64,000 nucleotides of DNA, taken from Azolla caroliniana (taxonomy: Eukaryota > Plantae > Polypodiophyta). The stretch covers positions 7,688,001 to 7,752,000 of the forward strand of contig JBHGNT010000008.1 of NCBI GenBank assembly GCA_043228905.1. The letters are read 5' to 3'. The position numbers were made by a program, and so were the translations under genes. Positions within the stretch are counted from its first letter, which is position 1. Each line of letters starts with the position of its first letter. This document shows, piece after piece, positions 1 to 13,562 of this stretch. The notes under the pieces are model-generated. The model did no database searches. It was not told where the DNA came from and saw only the letters and a program-made list of their open reading frames with translations.

Positions 1-668
1 GTGTTTCATAGTTCTCTCCTCGAACCCTATCACGAGAGCACTATCCCAGGACGTACTATACAACCACCACCTCCTATCGAGCTCGAAGATGGACCTGAGT
101 ATGAGGTCGCTGCCATCCTCGATTCCAAGATTGTTCGCAACAAGCTCTACTATCTAGTCGATTGGCTAGGATATAGTCCCAGCGAGCGTACTTGGGAACC
201 GATCGAGAATGTGACCAATGCTCGTGCTCTTCTAGAAGACTTCCATCGACGATACCCCGAGAAACCGGGTTCTCAATCCAAAACGACTCGTGGAACTCGT
301 CGTTTTAAAGGGGGGATAGTGTCATAACTAGACTCGAACCCATAACCTTTTGTTACACGGGTCGAGACTTTACCATTAGGTTATGAATTGTAATTTGAAG
401 GATATTATTTTCATTTAGGTTTTATTGGGAAATTGATGTATATTCCAGATTTCTCTGGAACATTCTAGAAACTTCAGGAGTATTCCTGAAGACACTATAA
501 AAGGAGGCGCAAGGCATTAGTTCGAACCAAATCGGTTCAACGCCAGTCTTAAGCCTTCTAACTACTGTTGTATATCTTCCTTCATATAATACATATATCT
601 TTCGCATCATCATTCTCTCTCTCTCTCTCTCTCTCTCACTCACTCATTCCTTCTCTCAAAGTTCGACA
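1..668 (+). mobile_element. 3' end of a Ty3/gypsy chromovirus (Tcn1-like): integrase C-terminus with chromodomain, PPT, 3' LTR 320-668
   Basis: YEVAAILDS..YLVDWLGY..ERTWEP chromodomain; PPT AAAGGGGGGATAG; LTR TGTCA...CGACA. Confidence 0.9.
457..502 (+). promoter_or_regulatory. Four-unit heat-shock element and TATA box in LTR U3
   Basis: gGAAcaTTCtaGAAacTTCa at 457-476; TATAAAA at 496. Confidence 0.7.
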
Positions 669-680
669 CCTCTCATAGTA

Positions 681-1970
681 CTAATCCTTCTCTGTCTTAG
701 TACTATTCCCCAACAATAGTACTAATCCTTCTTTTAGTACTAATTCCTTCTCTGCCTTAATAGAGTTCCTGACAATGGCAGCGCTCAGGCCGTCGGCAAT
801 CATTACCGGCCAATCCACATGTACTCCCTCGTAGGTGGCTATGATCAAACCAGCTCTATTCCTGGGCATCTCCAGTGGTCGAGGGTACACATGGCGATAC
901 TCGTGGAGTACCCGAGCAATATCCCGAAACAAAAGGTCTTCACCGCCTTGCGTACGGTATGCCTTGCTGCCCAGGGAGTATTCCCCAAAATACCTTGTCA
1001 GCAGCTCTTGTGAAGGGTTGTCGATCGAGTGGATTCCCCCTTCCGGTAGGTTGGTCATGGCTCGGATGGTTTCCTCGGTGATGACCTCCGTGTCGATGTC
1101 TTTAACGACATTTTTCGCATCTCCGTGTGACGGTGCTTCGACTATTCGCAAGAATCCCTTTAGACTGTGTTGCTTCAGCCATTTCTTAGCCACTTCTGAG
1201 AGTACCATGCATTCCATGTTGTCTTCGGCATCGGTAGGTGGTGGTAAGATGGGTGCGTCTGCGTGCTCTCGCCTGATCACTCGTACTCGCCTATGCACGC
1301 TGAGATCTCTATGTTCGCGAAATGAAAGGGACTCTACGTGGCGACGGTTTCCTTTCTCCATGCGTGGCGCCTTTTCTTGATTCCCACGCATGCACGTCCT
1401 GTACTAACATAGCAGTCGGTTGACACGTGGTGCGCCTGTTTTTAAAGGCTTTAATTAACCACCCACCACACCTTTTCAAAGTGCACGTTTGCTCCTCGCC
1501 TCTGCATGATGACTTTTTGTTTTGTTTTCTTTTATTATTATTATTATTATTATTATTTACAGATTGTGTTTTAGTTAATCGGAAGCACCGGGTCCGTATC
1601 TCGGTTTTTCCCCATCTTCACGTTTCCAGGTAACGCCGGCTCTGCCTGCTTGTCGGGTAATTTTTTCCTGCTTCCTACTGTTGTATCAGCCTTCGTCTGC
1701 TTGAACGGATTTTGTGGCATCGGTCCACAATATGGTTTGAGTCGAAACCCATTGACCCATTTTCCCATTATGTCACCGGCGAGCATTCCCAGCTGGTATG
1801 AACCGTTAAATTCCCGTGTTATCCAATATGGTCCAGTCCACCGGAACCGTAGCTTTCCCAGCATCTGACCCATCCGGGTCTGGAACACCAGTACCGGCTT
1901 GGCGATCCCGAACATCTTCTCATTGCCCTTCCGGTGCTGATCAACAAACGTCTTCGTTCGTCGTTGTTCC
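681..1970 (-). mobile_element. Non-chromovirus gypsy 3' fragment: integrase C-terminus plus additional downstream ORF (681-1391)
   Basis: GKLRFRWTGPY...VNGFRLKPY, followed by a same-strand ORF that has a diverged homologue at 32954-33424. Confidence 0.75.
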
Positions 1971-1971
1971 C

Positions 1972-3250
1972 GTGATCACTAATATGTATCGGTTGCCCTG
2001 AAGTGAAACTGGAAATGGCCCCATGAGGTCCCAACCGACCATCTCAAAGGGTTCTTTCACAGTGATCGGCGTTAGTGATCCGCTTATGGATTGTGGATTC
2101 TTCACAGCCTGACACGTGGGACATGATTGGAGGAACGCCGATATGGATTGTTGCAGCTTCGGCCAATAGTACACGGAGTGTATTCGATGGAGAAATTTAT
2201 GGAAACCGAAATGACCAAATAGTTGGTGGCTGTCATAGAAGTCAAGGTATGTCACTTGCAATGCTTCGGGACATCCCTGGCTTACATAATATAGAACATT
2301 GTCAATCATGATAAAATTTCGGTTTAATTGTGCATCATGACTTGCCTGAATTTGTAAAATAATTTTTTGTATTGTGGGGTCTTGTTGTTGCATCTGTTTT
2401 ATTTGATGTTGATGTAGCGGAAGATCAATCACACTTACTTGAGCAACTTGATATTCCATCCGTAAGAGGGCATCTGCCATGACATTGGATTGGCCACGTC
2501 TATAGATCATCGTGAATTTGTATTCTTGCAAAGCCAGAGCCCAACAAAGGAGTCTTCCTGGTGGTTGTGTCTTCTGAGTTAGGGATATCAATGGCTGATG
2601 ATCTGTCTCCACCTGAACCGTTGTGCCATGTAGGTATGGATGGAATTTCTAAAACGACCATACTACAACCAAAAATTCATTTTCAGTTGTTGAATAATTT
2701 TGCTCTGATTTTGTTAGTCTGCAGCTGATGTAAGCAATCGAGTGCCATCTATCATTGTCATCTTGTCGCAAAAGGACTGCCCCAATTCCAAAACTGGAAG
2801 CATCTATCTGTCGACGGAAAATCTTGCTGAAATCAGGGAATGCTAATGTTGCTGCTGAGGTAATTAATTGTTTGATTGTCTGAAAACTTTTCTCGCACTC
2901 CTCAGTCCACTGGTATGGTTGATCCTTCTTTAGTAGGTTTCGTAATGGTGTTGTAATTGTTGCTAGACAAGGAACAAACCTGAGTGAAAAATTCACTAAT
3001 CCTAGAAAACCCTGTAGGGACTTGATGTTGGATGGTTTCGGATATTCCGCGACAGCTCGTGTCTTTGTTGGATCTAGTTATATTCCTTGTTCTGATATCA
3101 TGAACCCTAAAAATCGTAGTGTTGTTGCACCCCACTACAATTGCAGGTTTTATTTTTGAACGCGGAGGAGGACTTCACGTAATATCTGAATGTGTTTTGG
3201 CCAGCTATCTGTGTGAATCAATATGTCATCTAGATAGACCAAAACAACAC
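1972..3250 (-). mobile_element. Degenerate gypsy pol fragment (RT end, RNase H, integrase start)
   Basis: DASSFGIGAVL, NYSTTENEFL, TDHQPL, H..GHFG/CPTC zinc finger, PFEMVGWDLMGP; stops and frameshifts. Confidence 0.85.
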
Positions 3251-3251
3251 C

Positions 3252-3903
3252 TTGAAAAATCAAGCCTTGGAAAATATCGTTTCCCATCCTCTGAAATGTG
3301 TTGCAAAGTGTGTGTTCGGAGTAACAAGCGGTGCATTGCTAGGCCATCTTGTCAGCAAGGACGGGATCGCGGTAGACCCCGATAAGGTGAAAGCAATCTT
3401 AGAAGTCCCAACACCATCCACGGCCAAAGCTTTGAGTCGGTTTCTAGGGCAAATCCGGTGGCATAGCCGGATGCTTCGATATTTGGCCGATCTTGCTACA
3501 CCATTGCATGTCGCGGTTCACCGGACACCGTTCCAATGGACAAATACGGAGGAGGAAGCTTACCGAGCACGGAAAGTACTGCTATCACAAGCACCAGTGG
3601 TGCAACCACCAGATTGGTCAAAAGAATTCCACGTGTTCGTTGATGCGTCCGACATAGCTATCGGTAGCGCACTAATGCAAATGACGGAACCGAAATGGTA
3701 TCGATCGGTCTATTATGCTAGCCGGAAACTATCCTAGGCAAAATGAAATTATTCAACAAAACACTCCAAAATATCCTACAAAAGATCGTCAATGAAAACC
3801 GAACTGATTGGGATACCAAGTTGCATAGTGCACTATGGGCATACCGAACAACATACAAAACGAGTATCCGATCAACACCATTCCGGTTAGAATTTGGGCT
3901 AGG
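3252..3903 (+). mobile_element. Internally deleted gypsy pol fragment (RT/RNase H and integrase)
   Basis: LLGHLVSKDGIAVDPDKV, FVDASDIAIG, DWDTKLHSALWAYRTTYKT. Confidence 0.85.
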
Positions 3904-6898
3904 CGACAGGAGCCATTCACTTATGTGACACCAATCCAAACCGAGGCACTGTGTGTACATCACTTCAGGTGGGAGTACCTGAACAAGGATTGAGTGGTCA
4001 TTGTATTCTGTCTTGATGTTACACACGCAGGTTCCAAGGCAACATGTTGTGGAACCATCAAAGCCACAGAAGTTGTCATTGCATACTTCAAGGTCTAGGC
4101 AACCTAGACGTCCCCATGTTTCGAAGGAGAAAAGGGTTAGTGATGCTCCTGTGTCGATTACCGCCGTTAAAGGTATGCCGTCGGCGAAGCATGGTAGTTG
4201 CATTGTCCTGTCATTAGAGTTGACTGCCTTAGCCATGGCTGCCGAGTGGGTGTCCCCATGTCATTTCAATTTCAGTTGCACATTGCGAAGGTCGTTTTCA
4301 AGTCGGGCCATTTGGCCTTCGGATGCCTTAAGTTTGGCTTCCACTTCTCGTTGTCGGGTTGTGAGTAGAGCTTTGAGGGTGAGGGGTCCGTGGTAACGTT
4401 TGAGCTTGCTCCTATCTTGGTAATCTTTGAGACCACATATGGGCCTTCACCACGTAATTTAAACTTCTTTTTGTGCCATTAAGAGGTGAATTTGAGAGCC
4501 ATGTCTCCTTCAGCGAGATCTTTATCTCTTACTTTGTTGTCGTGCCACGCCTTTCTATTGCCTTTCTCTGCCAAGAGTGCTTGGAATGTGAGAAGGCGAG
4601 TTTCGGTCAGCCGTTCTAGATTCTCTAGATGTGACGGGAGGGGGTCCCCTCCCATTGTTCTTGTACGGCTATCCTGAAGCTGGAGACAAGGAACTCGATG
4701 GGCAATACCGCTTCTTGTCCATATACTAGTTTAAATGGCATGTGTCGAGTTGCAACTTTGTAGGAAGTGCAGAAAACCCATAACAAGGGGCAACTTGTCC
4801 GTTGCACCAAGGGTAATAAGGGGAACTCTTGCGGTGTGTCATGTGAAAAAGAATAACGTGCGGAAGCAATAGAAAACCAGACACAAAAACGTAGGTTTAA
4901 TGGAGAGCGTGGACATACAGTACGGGGGAGAGATAGACAAAGAGAGAGAGAGAGAGAGAGAATGCACACAAACTCAATTCAAAGATGATACACAGTCCGT
5001 ACATAGGATGTGCTCAGGGAGCACTTTTATACAACTCCATACGGACTGACAGAAGTATTGACACGTACTTCAGTGCTCATAAATGAGCTATACACTAACT
5101 CCCAAAATATATTCCTATGCGGAATATCTTTCCAACGGCCTCACGCTTTACGCACCGCTACGGCTTCTTGTTGCGCACCGGTTTACGCACCGGTCCGGCC
5201 TAACCGATCTGTCCCAACCGATCCGGTTCTCAGCTTGCACAGCCGACAGGCCAATGTTTAGCTTGTATCTCAACAATCCCCCTCAAGCTTAACTTGAGGC
5301 CCCATCTGCTCTTCCGGGTCATGTTCCGGTTCCTTCTGGCTTCACGCCTTGTGGGCGCTCCTCGACCTGTTCGATTCTGCGTGCCTCGACCCTTCCGGTC
5401 GTCTTGCATGCTCATGCGGCCCTTCTCAGCTGCGTTGTTGTCGCGGTGTTGGCACTTCTTCTATGGCCTTCTCTTCCGCTTGGCCCTCAGTTGATTCGGC
5501 GTATTTGAATCGAACATCCGATCGGTTTTCACTTTCGTCCGAGTTGACTCGGCTTCTTCCGATCGGTTTTCACTTTCGTCCGAGTTGGCTGTCTCCAACT
5601 CGTCTTCGGTCTTCTCACCCTTGATGGCTTCATTTTCGGAATCTTCCACGGATCCGCCCTCGACTTGTTCAGCCGAGCCAAAATCAAATTCGTCATCTGA
5701 CTCGGCGTCGCGGTCTTCCGAAACTTCTCTTCCCCTTCTGTGGTCATTTGGGGCGTCTCTCCCCCTCAAGTTCGGCACGTCGAGGTGACGCAACCCAAGC
5801 ACACCCGAGAATTGCCACAACTTGTCCAGACCAAAAGGCTTGGTGAAGATGTCGGCGATCTGCCTATCCGTCAGAACATACTGAAGTTCGACTTCACTGG
5901 AGAGGACACGCTAACGAACAAAATGGTAGTGCACCTCAATGTGCTTAGTCCGGCCATGGAAGACGGGGTTCTTTGCTAGCTGGATGTTGTTGAGGTTGTC
6001 GTAGTAGATTGTTGTTGGATCGGATACCTCCACCTGCAGATCCTTAAGTAGCCGTTTCAGCCAAATGACTTTGCACGTAGCGATAGTCACCCCTCGATAC
6101 TCAGCCTCCGTGCTCGACAGTGCTACTATCGGTTGTTTCTTACTGCTCCACGCATTCGGCGCACTTCCAAATGATTTTGTCCAAGTCGGCAACGGCGATG
6201 ACTAAATCATCAACATATAGGAGACTAACCGGTCCGTGTTGACCTTGCCAAACAAATAGAGAAGATTCTGATTTCGACGTTGTAAAGCCCATCCTACACA
6301 GCTGTTGCGTAATCTTCGTGTTCCAGGCTCGCGGGGCTTACTTAAGTCCGTACAGTGACTTCTTCAGTTGGCAAACTGCTGAGGTGTTTTGTGCAGATAG
6401 AAATCCGGAGGGCGTACCATGTACACCTGTTCCTCAAGCTCACCTTGTAGGAACACATTCTTGACATCCATTTGATGTAAATGTCACCCCTTCGCCGCTG
6501 TTATGACTATCGGAACACGCATGGTAGACATCTTCGCGATAGGCGCGAAGGTCTCGTCATAGTCCACGCCGTGCTTCTGCGTGTAGCCTTTCGCTACTAA
6601 CCGAGCCTTGTATCGGTTGACCGAGTCGTCGGTGTTGTACTTGACCTTGTACACCCACCTACATCCGATCGGCTGCACACCTTTCGGTGCGTCAACCAGG
6701 TCCCAGGTTTCATTCTCCGCCAATGCGCCCTCTTCCTCCATTGCGGCACACCAATTTGTGTCCTTCGCCGCTTCTGCGTAGCTCTCCGGGTCACGCACTT
6801 CCGCTACACGGGTCATGTACACATAGTGATGTGCCATGTACTCATTGTATCTGAACCGCACAACAGGGTTCTTCTGGCGGGTAGATCGGTGTAATTGC

Positions 6899-9800
6899 TG
6901 TTATAGGTTTTTAGGGTTAGGGTTAATGAGAATGATAATGATGATGATTGATGATGACGAAGATAGACATGGTGAAATAGCAAAGATGATGAAGAGTATC
7001 ATGGTGAGAGAGATTGACATGATGTTGAGAATTATTGAGAAGCATCACGGGGTAAGGATGACATTGATGAGCATTGCGGGGTGGGGGGTGGTGCCTAGAA
7101 TGGCTCCACCCCCCTCCCAAGGGGGTTCAACGTTGAGGGGGGGAGAGAGAGAGAGAGAGAGATGAAAAGAGAGATAGAGAGAAATGTTCATTCATGTTTC
7201 ATTCATTCCCCATAAGGGGTTAAATAGTACAAGAGGGGTTAGATACATAGGGGTGTAAGCCCCATTGAGCATTCATACTGGACACTCACTCACACCTCCT
7301 CGTATCCATCCACATGCACACACGTGTGCATGTGTTCACATACGTATAGACTCACAATTACATTTATGCCTCCTACACATACACAACAACATCATGATAA
7401 CATTTGACCCTCGATCATCACACTTGACTCTCTGTACATCTCGTACGGGGTAAGACAATATGGCATGCCCGTGGGAAAGTGCCTTGCACGTCGATCCCAC
7501 ATGCCTTGATGGTGATATTTCTTCGACCGGAACTTCCATCGGCCCTTTCATCGATCGACTCCCTCGATCGGAATGCTTGACTCGAACATCTTTGTCGGTC
7601 AGCAAATCGTCCGCGACACAAACATTCTCGTTCTGTCGGCTTACGAACTTCATCATGGGTCCAAAAGCATGTTGTGTGTATGTGTGTTCTTCCTTTAATT
7701 TTGTGTGAGTTGTCGTTGTTGATCACATCCATTTCTTTAGGTGGATGAGTTTTTACAATTTTGTCGGTGCCCTCAAGTTTATGAAATTTTAGGTTGCTAC
7801 CCTTTGTTTTTGAAATATTATCAAATACCCTCATGTTTTAAAATTATGTTCCATACCCCTATCATTCTCTCTTGCCCTTTCTCTATTTTTCTTCCCGTCC
7901 TATCTTCTGCTTCAATTTCGTCTTTATCCATTCTTGTCTTCTTGTTTTTGTAATGCTCTGACTTCGTCTTTATCTCTAGGTTATTGTTGTGGTCCGTTAT
8001 TGCACTCTCTCTAGTGCGTATCCCTCATCTTTTTCGTCTTCTTTCTGCTTTCGTTTCCCGCTTCTCTTCTTGTCGTCATTTCTCTCCTCTCTCCATCCTC
8101 TGTTCTGTGCCTTCTCTTCTTCTTCTATGTTCTCTTCCTGCTACATTCTCTTCTTCTTTTCTCTGTTTTCTTTCTATTTCTTCTGCGACCACCACTATTT
8201 CTTCTCGGTGTGTCCATTGTTTGTTCTACGTCTGTCCATTGTTCAGCCGATGCCACCACCGCCACTTCATCCACCCGCCTTCTTACAATCGAGCCGCTGG
8301 TTCGGTCGCTCTAACCGTTCTCTGGCCACTCCCTATTGCCATCACTTTGTGGCATCTGTCACTATTCGGCGTCTGCGTCGCCGGCATAGTCGCCATCTCT
8401 GTCCGGCCCGTCTGGCTGGCTGTTTCCGTCTCTGTCATCGCTGTCTCCATCTCCCTCGCTTTGTCTTTTGCTATGTATGTTTGTCCGGCCCCGCCATTGT
8501 CGTCGTATGTGGTCATTGTCCGGCGCCTGTCTATCTGGCCCTGTCCGGTCATCACCGTCTCCATTTGTTGTTGTCGCCGGCCTTGTCAGCCATATCCGGC
8601 AAATCTGCAGTCGGCCGTCTGTTTTGGCCGAGGTCCATCGCTTGGCCGCTTTGTTCAGTCGTCATCCTGGCTTTGTTGCCGTTTTGGCCGCTGATTCTCC
8701 GGCCGTTGTCAGGCGTCTTTGCCGTCTCTATCGGCCCTGTCCAACCACTTCGGTTGTTCTTCATTGTCCGATATGACTGTGTTCGTCCGATCTGGCTCGT
8801 CCACTGTTCGGGCGCATGTCCGACCATCTCCGTCGTTGTCGTTGTGTCTATCGGCCCGTCCAGCCGTCGCCATCACTGTTTTTCCCTAGGTCGGCCGTCA
8901 TCCGGTTGTCAGTGTCCTGCATCGCCGCCATTTGGATGTCGTCGTTGTCGGCCCTATCCGACCAGTCTGCACTCGGCCATCTACTCTAGCGAGCTTTCCA
9001 GCGTCGTCCGGCTATTACGGCCGCTTCTGTCGCTGTTTAGCCGTCGTTCCTGTCACTCTCCAGCCACACCACTGTTCGGACGTCATCCCGGCTTTGTGTC
9101 CGTTTCTCCGGCCTTGTCCAGCCCTCCGGCCGCTTCGGCTGCTCCAGCCACTGTCCGGATATTTCGATCGGTTTCCGGCCCTTCTAGCCGCTCTTCGGCC
9201 GCTCTGGTTGCTCCTGTCCGGTCACCGTTCGGCCTATCCGACCGCTCGAACTGCTGTCCGGTCGTCTCCATCTTTGTTATTGTTCGGCACAAATGGCCAT
9301 GTCTTTCCGGTTGTATCCGTCCGGTTCATTCCGTTTTTTTTTTTTCCGTTTCTTCTATCCGGACCATTCCATCATCGTGTTTATGTGTTTTTCTCTAGCC
9401 CCCGTCTGTGGTTTTTTTGCATCACGTCGTCTCATCTGACTTCTCCATTTCTGGCTATGTCGTGTCGGTGTCTTTGTCTCTGTCTGGGTTTGCCAGTCGC
9501 CTCTGTCGTTCTCTGTCGACTGCCCATTTCGTCTGACCGTTTGTCTGATCTAGTCCGGTCCTTCGTTTTTTTGGCTGTGTCTGTCTGGCTGGCCATGGCC
9601 TTCCGGGACTTTGTCTCTGGTTCCGCCATTCTGCATTGCCCATGGTCTTTGTGTGATATCTCTATCGCAGTCGACATCCATGTCTCTGTTTGTCCGGTGG
9701 TCTTCTTCTTTGTTAGGTGTCTCCGACCGTGTCTTTCCGGTGCTGTTGGTTTCTCTGGTCGTCGATGTCTGGTTTGCGTTTGCATCTCTTCTCTGTCTTT

Positions 9801-10690
9801 TATGGTCCTTCGGTGTTAACCAACTCTAGTTCTTGTTCTGATTCCGGTTCCGACTCTCTCCGCGTTGTTTCTTCTGGAACCATTGCCCGTGCATTCTCAG
9901 CACATCCTACCGGTCTCCGCTCCACACACTGCGACTTTCTCCGCAGTTTCCTGGTGGGCTTCTCTTTCCGGTCGTGTTGGCACCGGTTCCCTTTGCGTTG
10001 CTGTTTATCCAGCCGTGCATCTTGCACCACGCTTTTGAGAACACGCACATTGTCACTAACCGCTTTCGGAAACACGCAAATGGACACTAATCGCAACCTC
10101 GCCCAAACATTGTTGCCATTCATGCATTCCTCCATAGACTTACTCCAACATATTCACCGTCATTTTCGCGTTTCACCATTTCCTGCACTTAGTCGCTATG
10201 GCTTGCACATCCGCGTATCATTCTTTGACTCCATCTCCAAAGGGGGGTCGCCTTAGTGGTTGCCAAAAGGTGTGTTATTCTCTTAGCCGGACAAGGCCTA
10301 ACACAAGGTGTCACGGAGACACTTCACCAAAGGGTGATTACGGCATAGGATTAAGATTCGACGATTACACCGACTTACGTAGGTTACACGATTAAATTGC
10401 TTTGGTTAATTACACGCGTAAGATATAACAGTAATTACAGAACGGAAATCAAGACAGAAATACAAACATCATAAGCTCTATTAATTATCCGCTGTCATTA
10501 CAATGGGGTCCGGGCCTTTAAATAGGTTTCCGGCCCGTAATACAAAACGGTGCCTCTCGCACCTATTCGGGATCCGTCCGGATCTGGAACGGCATACCGT
10601 TTCCAGTCCGTCCGTCCACACTATGCTCATTTACAACCATCTAATTAATTCCTTCACTCCGTATTTTGGACTCCTTGCCGGCCGGTAACA
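6899..10690 (-). mobile_element. Non-coding LTR-type insertion (3.8 kb) in copia pol, TSD ATTGC
   Basis: TGTTA...TAACA ends; ATTGC at 6894-6898 and 10691-10695. Removal restores copia ANEQLHRSTRQKNPVVRFRY. Confidence 0.85.
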
Positions 10691-13404
10691 ATTGCTCATT
10701 AGCCGATGTTGAGGCTTTCTTGGCCGATGGGAACTTTGCTCTCGGAGTCGGACTCGCGTCGATCCGACTCGTTCCTACCTGTGCCATAATCCGAGACCTT
10801 CTTCTTCCCTTTTTGCTTGCACATAAGCCGTCTCCTCGGCTTCCTGCGCGGGGAATGCACAGCCAAGTCTCCACTACTCGCCGACTCTTCTTCGGACTAG
10901 TCAAACCGACTCAGTCGTCCATTCGGTCCATTTAACCGAAACAAGATCGGACTCTTTTCAAGGGTCCTGAATTCACCCTCATCTGGAGGCACTTCAGCCT
11001 CACTGACCTCATCGTCAAAACTCGAATTGGAGTTGAGGTACGGAGTCGGAGGCAAGTACCAGGACGCGGACTCGTCAAACACAACATTGCGGCTCACGCA
11101 AGCTTTTTTGGTTCTGGGGTTATAGCACTTATAACCCTTATGCTCGTCCGAATAGCCGACTAAGAACACTTCTCAGCTTTCGCGTCCAACTTCCTCTATT
11201 TCTCCTTCGGCACATGCACATACGCAATGCTACCGAAAACTTTCAAGTGTCATAGATTCAGCTTCCTTCCGAAGTACAGCTCATGTGCCGACACTTTGTC
11301 TCCGATCCGATTCTGGATGTACACCACGGTTCGTACCACCTCGGCCCAATAGAAATTGGGCAAGCTCTTTTCTTCCAGCAATGCCCACGCCGCTTCCACA
11401 ATCAACCGAATTTTCCTTTCGACCACGCCGTTTTGCTCCAGCGTATATCTGCAACTAAATTTGCATCGAATTCCCATCTGTTGCAAATACCGATTGAATT
11501 GACCGGAAAAGTACTCTTGTCTGCCATCCGACCGCAAGCACTTGATCTTTCTTCTTGTTTCCCTTTGACGAAGTTCTTGAGGTCCCGGAAACAGTCGAAG
11601 ACTTCACTCTTCTTCTCAATGAGGTAGATCCACATGTGCCGCGTATAGTCGTCGATGAAGGAGACGAAATATCCACTCCCGCCAAAACTAACATTCTGTT
11701 CCGGCCCCCATACATCGGAATGTATCAGGTCAAGCTTGTTCCGGCTTCGGTTACACTCATTAGGGAAAGGAAGTCGGTGCTTCCCTAGCTGGCAGGCTTC
11801 ACAAATTTGTGTCTTCTGGCCACTAAATTTGGGCAATCCGAACACCACCTGTTTCGATTACAGGTCCTGAAGCCGTTGATAGTTGACGTGACCTATCTGC
11901 TTGTGCCATAAATCGATATCTGACTCGAATTTTTGTCCTTTCACGAACATTGCAGTGCCACCGTCATTAGATTCGAGGATAAACATCCTCCCGTCTCTGC
12001 GCCCTTGTGTAATAACTCAGCCTTCTTCCTCGATGAAGCACCTAAGATGCGTGAACCGGACTTGCATCCCCTGGTCGACGATCTGCCCGACCGACACTAG
12101 ATTCTTCGTGATTGTCGGGACGTGTAACACGTTCATGAGTTTTCCTTTTGCCTGACATGGCTCAGGGGAACTTCACAGACATTCGCGATTTGATGTGGAG
12201 TGTCTTCTCCGATTGCGACTACTCCCGGTTGCATCGATTTCTCAAGGTATGAGAACCACTCCTTATGGCACGTCATGTGGTTTGATGCGTCGGAGTCAAC
12301 GTACTAGACCTCGTCCAATTTCGGGGTGGACTTCTTCATCGAGTTCGCTTCGTGTCTCATCACGAAGGTTGACCCTTTTCCGGCTTTTCCAGATCCTTCA
12401 GCATAGTGTGATCGTTGTCGATTACCCTTGTCGGTTTGTCCGGAACCTGATCCGGATCCGGTCCTCTCCGAATCGACGCGCCTCTTCCAGCATTCCGCTG
12501 CGGGTTTCCCTTGTTGGTTCTCGTCGCCTCGACTCCCCTTGTTTCTGGAGAGTTCGGAACTGCTGTCGGCATCACTTCAGTGCCTTCTTTCTTGATCCCG
12601 TCGGCCGCTTCCATTGCGTACCGACTCGCCTCAAATGCGAGGACCATGGGGCCTATCTCCCTCCGTGTACACCATCTTGTTGTCGACATGCATGCTCGTC
12701 GACGCATCCGCGTGGTTCTCCTCTATAAGGAGCATCGACTGTAGGTCGAAAAACGACGACGTATTCTCTCGTGTACACACAGTAGTTCGGAACGCTCCGA
12801 ACTTCGACACCAGTCCCCCGAGATAGATATGCACCATCTCGCCTTCCTCGATGTTCACATCAATAGAGGCTAAGGAGTCGCATATCTCTTTGATCTTCGA
12901 GGTGTAATCAGCCATCGACAGGTCGCGTTGTCGTAAGTTGCTCAGCTCCTATCGGAGTTGAAGCTTCCTGGTTGCGTGGTGCTTGCGGCGAAAATCTTCT
13001 TCAGATTTCCCCAAGCATCTTTCAGCGTTTTTGCATCCCGAATATAGCTCTAACGTTGTTCACCCATACAAGATGCGAAACAATAGAGAACTCTGCTCGC
13101 CGACTGTTCCCAAGCCGGGAAGTCTTTGTGTGTCGAATCAGGTGTTGTGTCATTTGCTCTAGTAACCATGCCCGAGCAGGTACTGGTGCATCTTGGAAGA
13201 CCAAGATGCGTAGTTATTTCTGTTGGAAGCGAGCTAGCCATTGTCATGATAACACTCACATCATGCATCGAAAGGATCATGACACTCACATTATGACTCG
13301 AAAGTATTTGAACCCCCGACCTTGTTGTACATATGTCAAATCCTTAACCATTGTATTAATATTCTTATATGTATAGTCTCTAGAATATGAAATCTAATAT
13401 CATA

Positions 13405-13562
13405 GGAATATTCTATATTACTCTACATTCTAGAATGACCTAGAATATTCTAGAGTGTTCTATACCACTAGAACCTTCTAGAATACTCTAGAGATCTTCT
13501 AGATTACTCTACATTCTAGGATAACCTAGAATATTCTAGAGTGTTCTCTATTACTTATAAAT
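13405..13562 (+). promoter_or_regulatory. Heat-shock element array and TATA box in chromovirus LTR (repeated in the 3' LTR)
   Basis: aGAAccTTCtaGAAt at 13470-13484; aGAAtaTTCtaGAGtgTTC twice; TATAAAT at 13556. Confidence 0.7.

Noticed and set aside
6910-6925. Telomere-like TTTAGGGTTAGGGTT
   Set aside because: Only two units; a common telo-box-like motif in LTRs.
7984-9819. Long overlapping ORFs (469, 295, 236 aa)
   Set aside because: The A-poor low-complexity strand suppresses stop codons in several frames; no recognisable domains.
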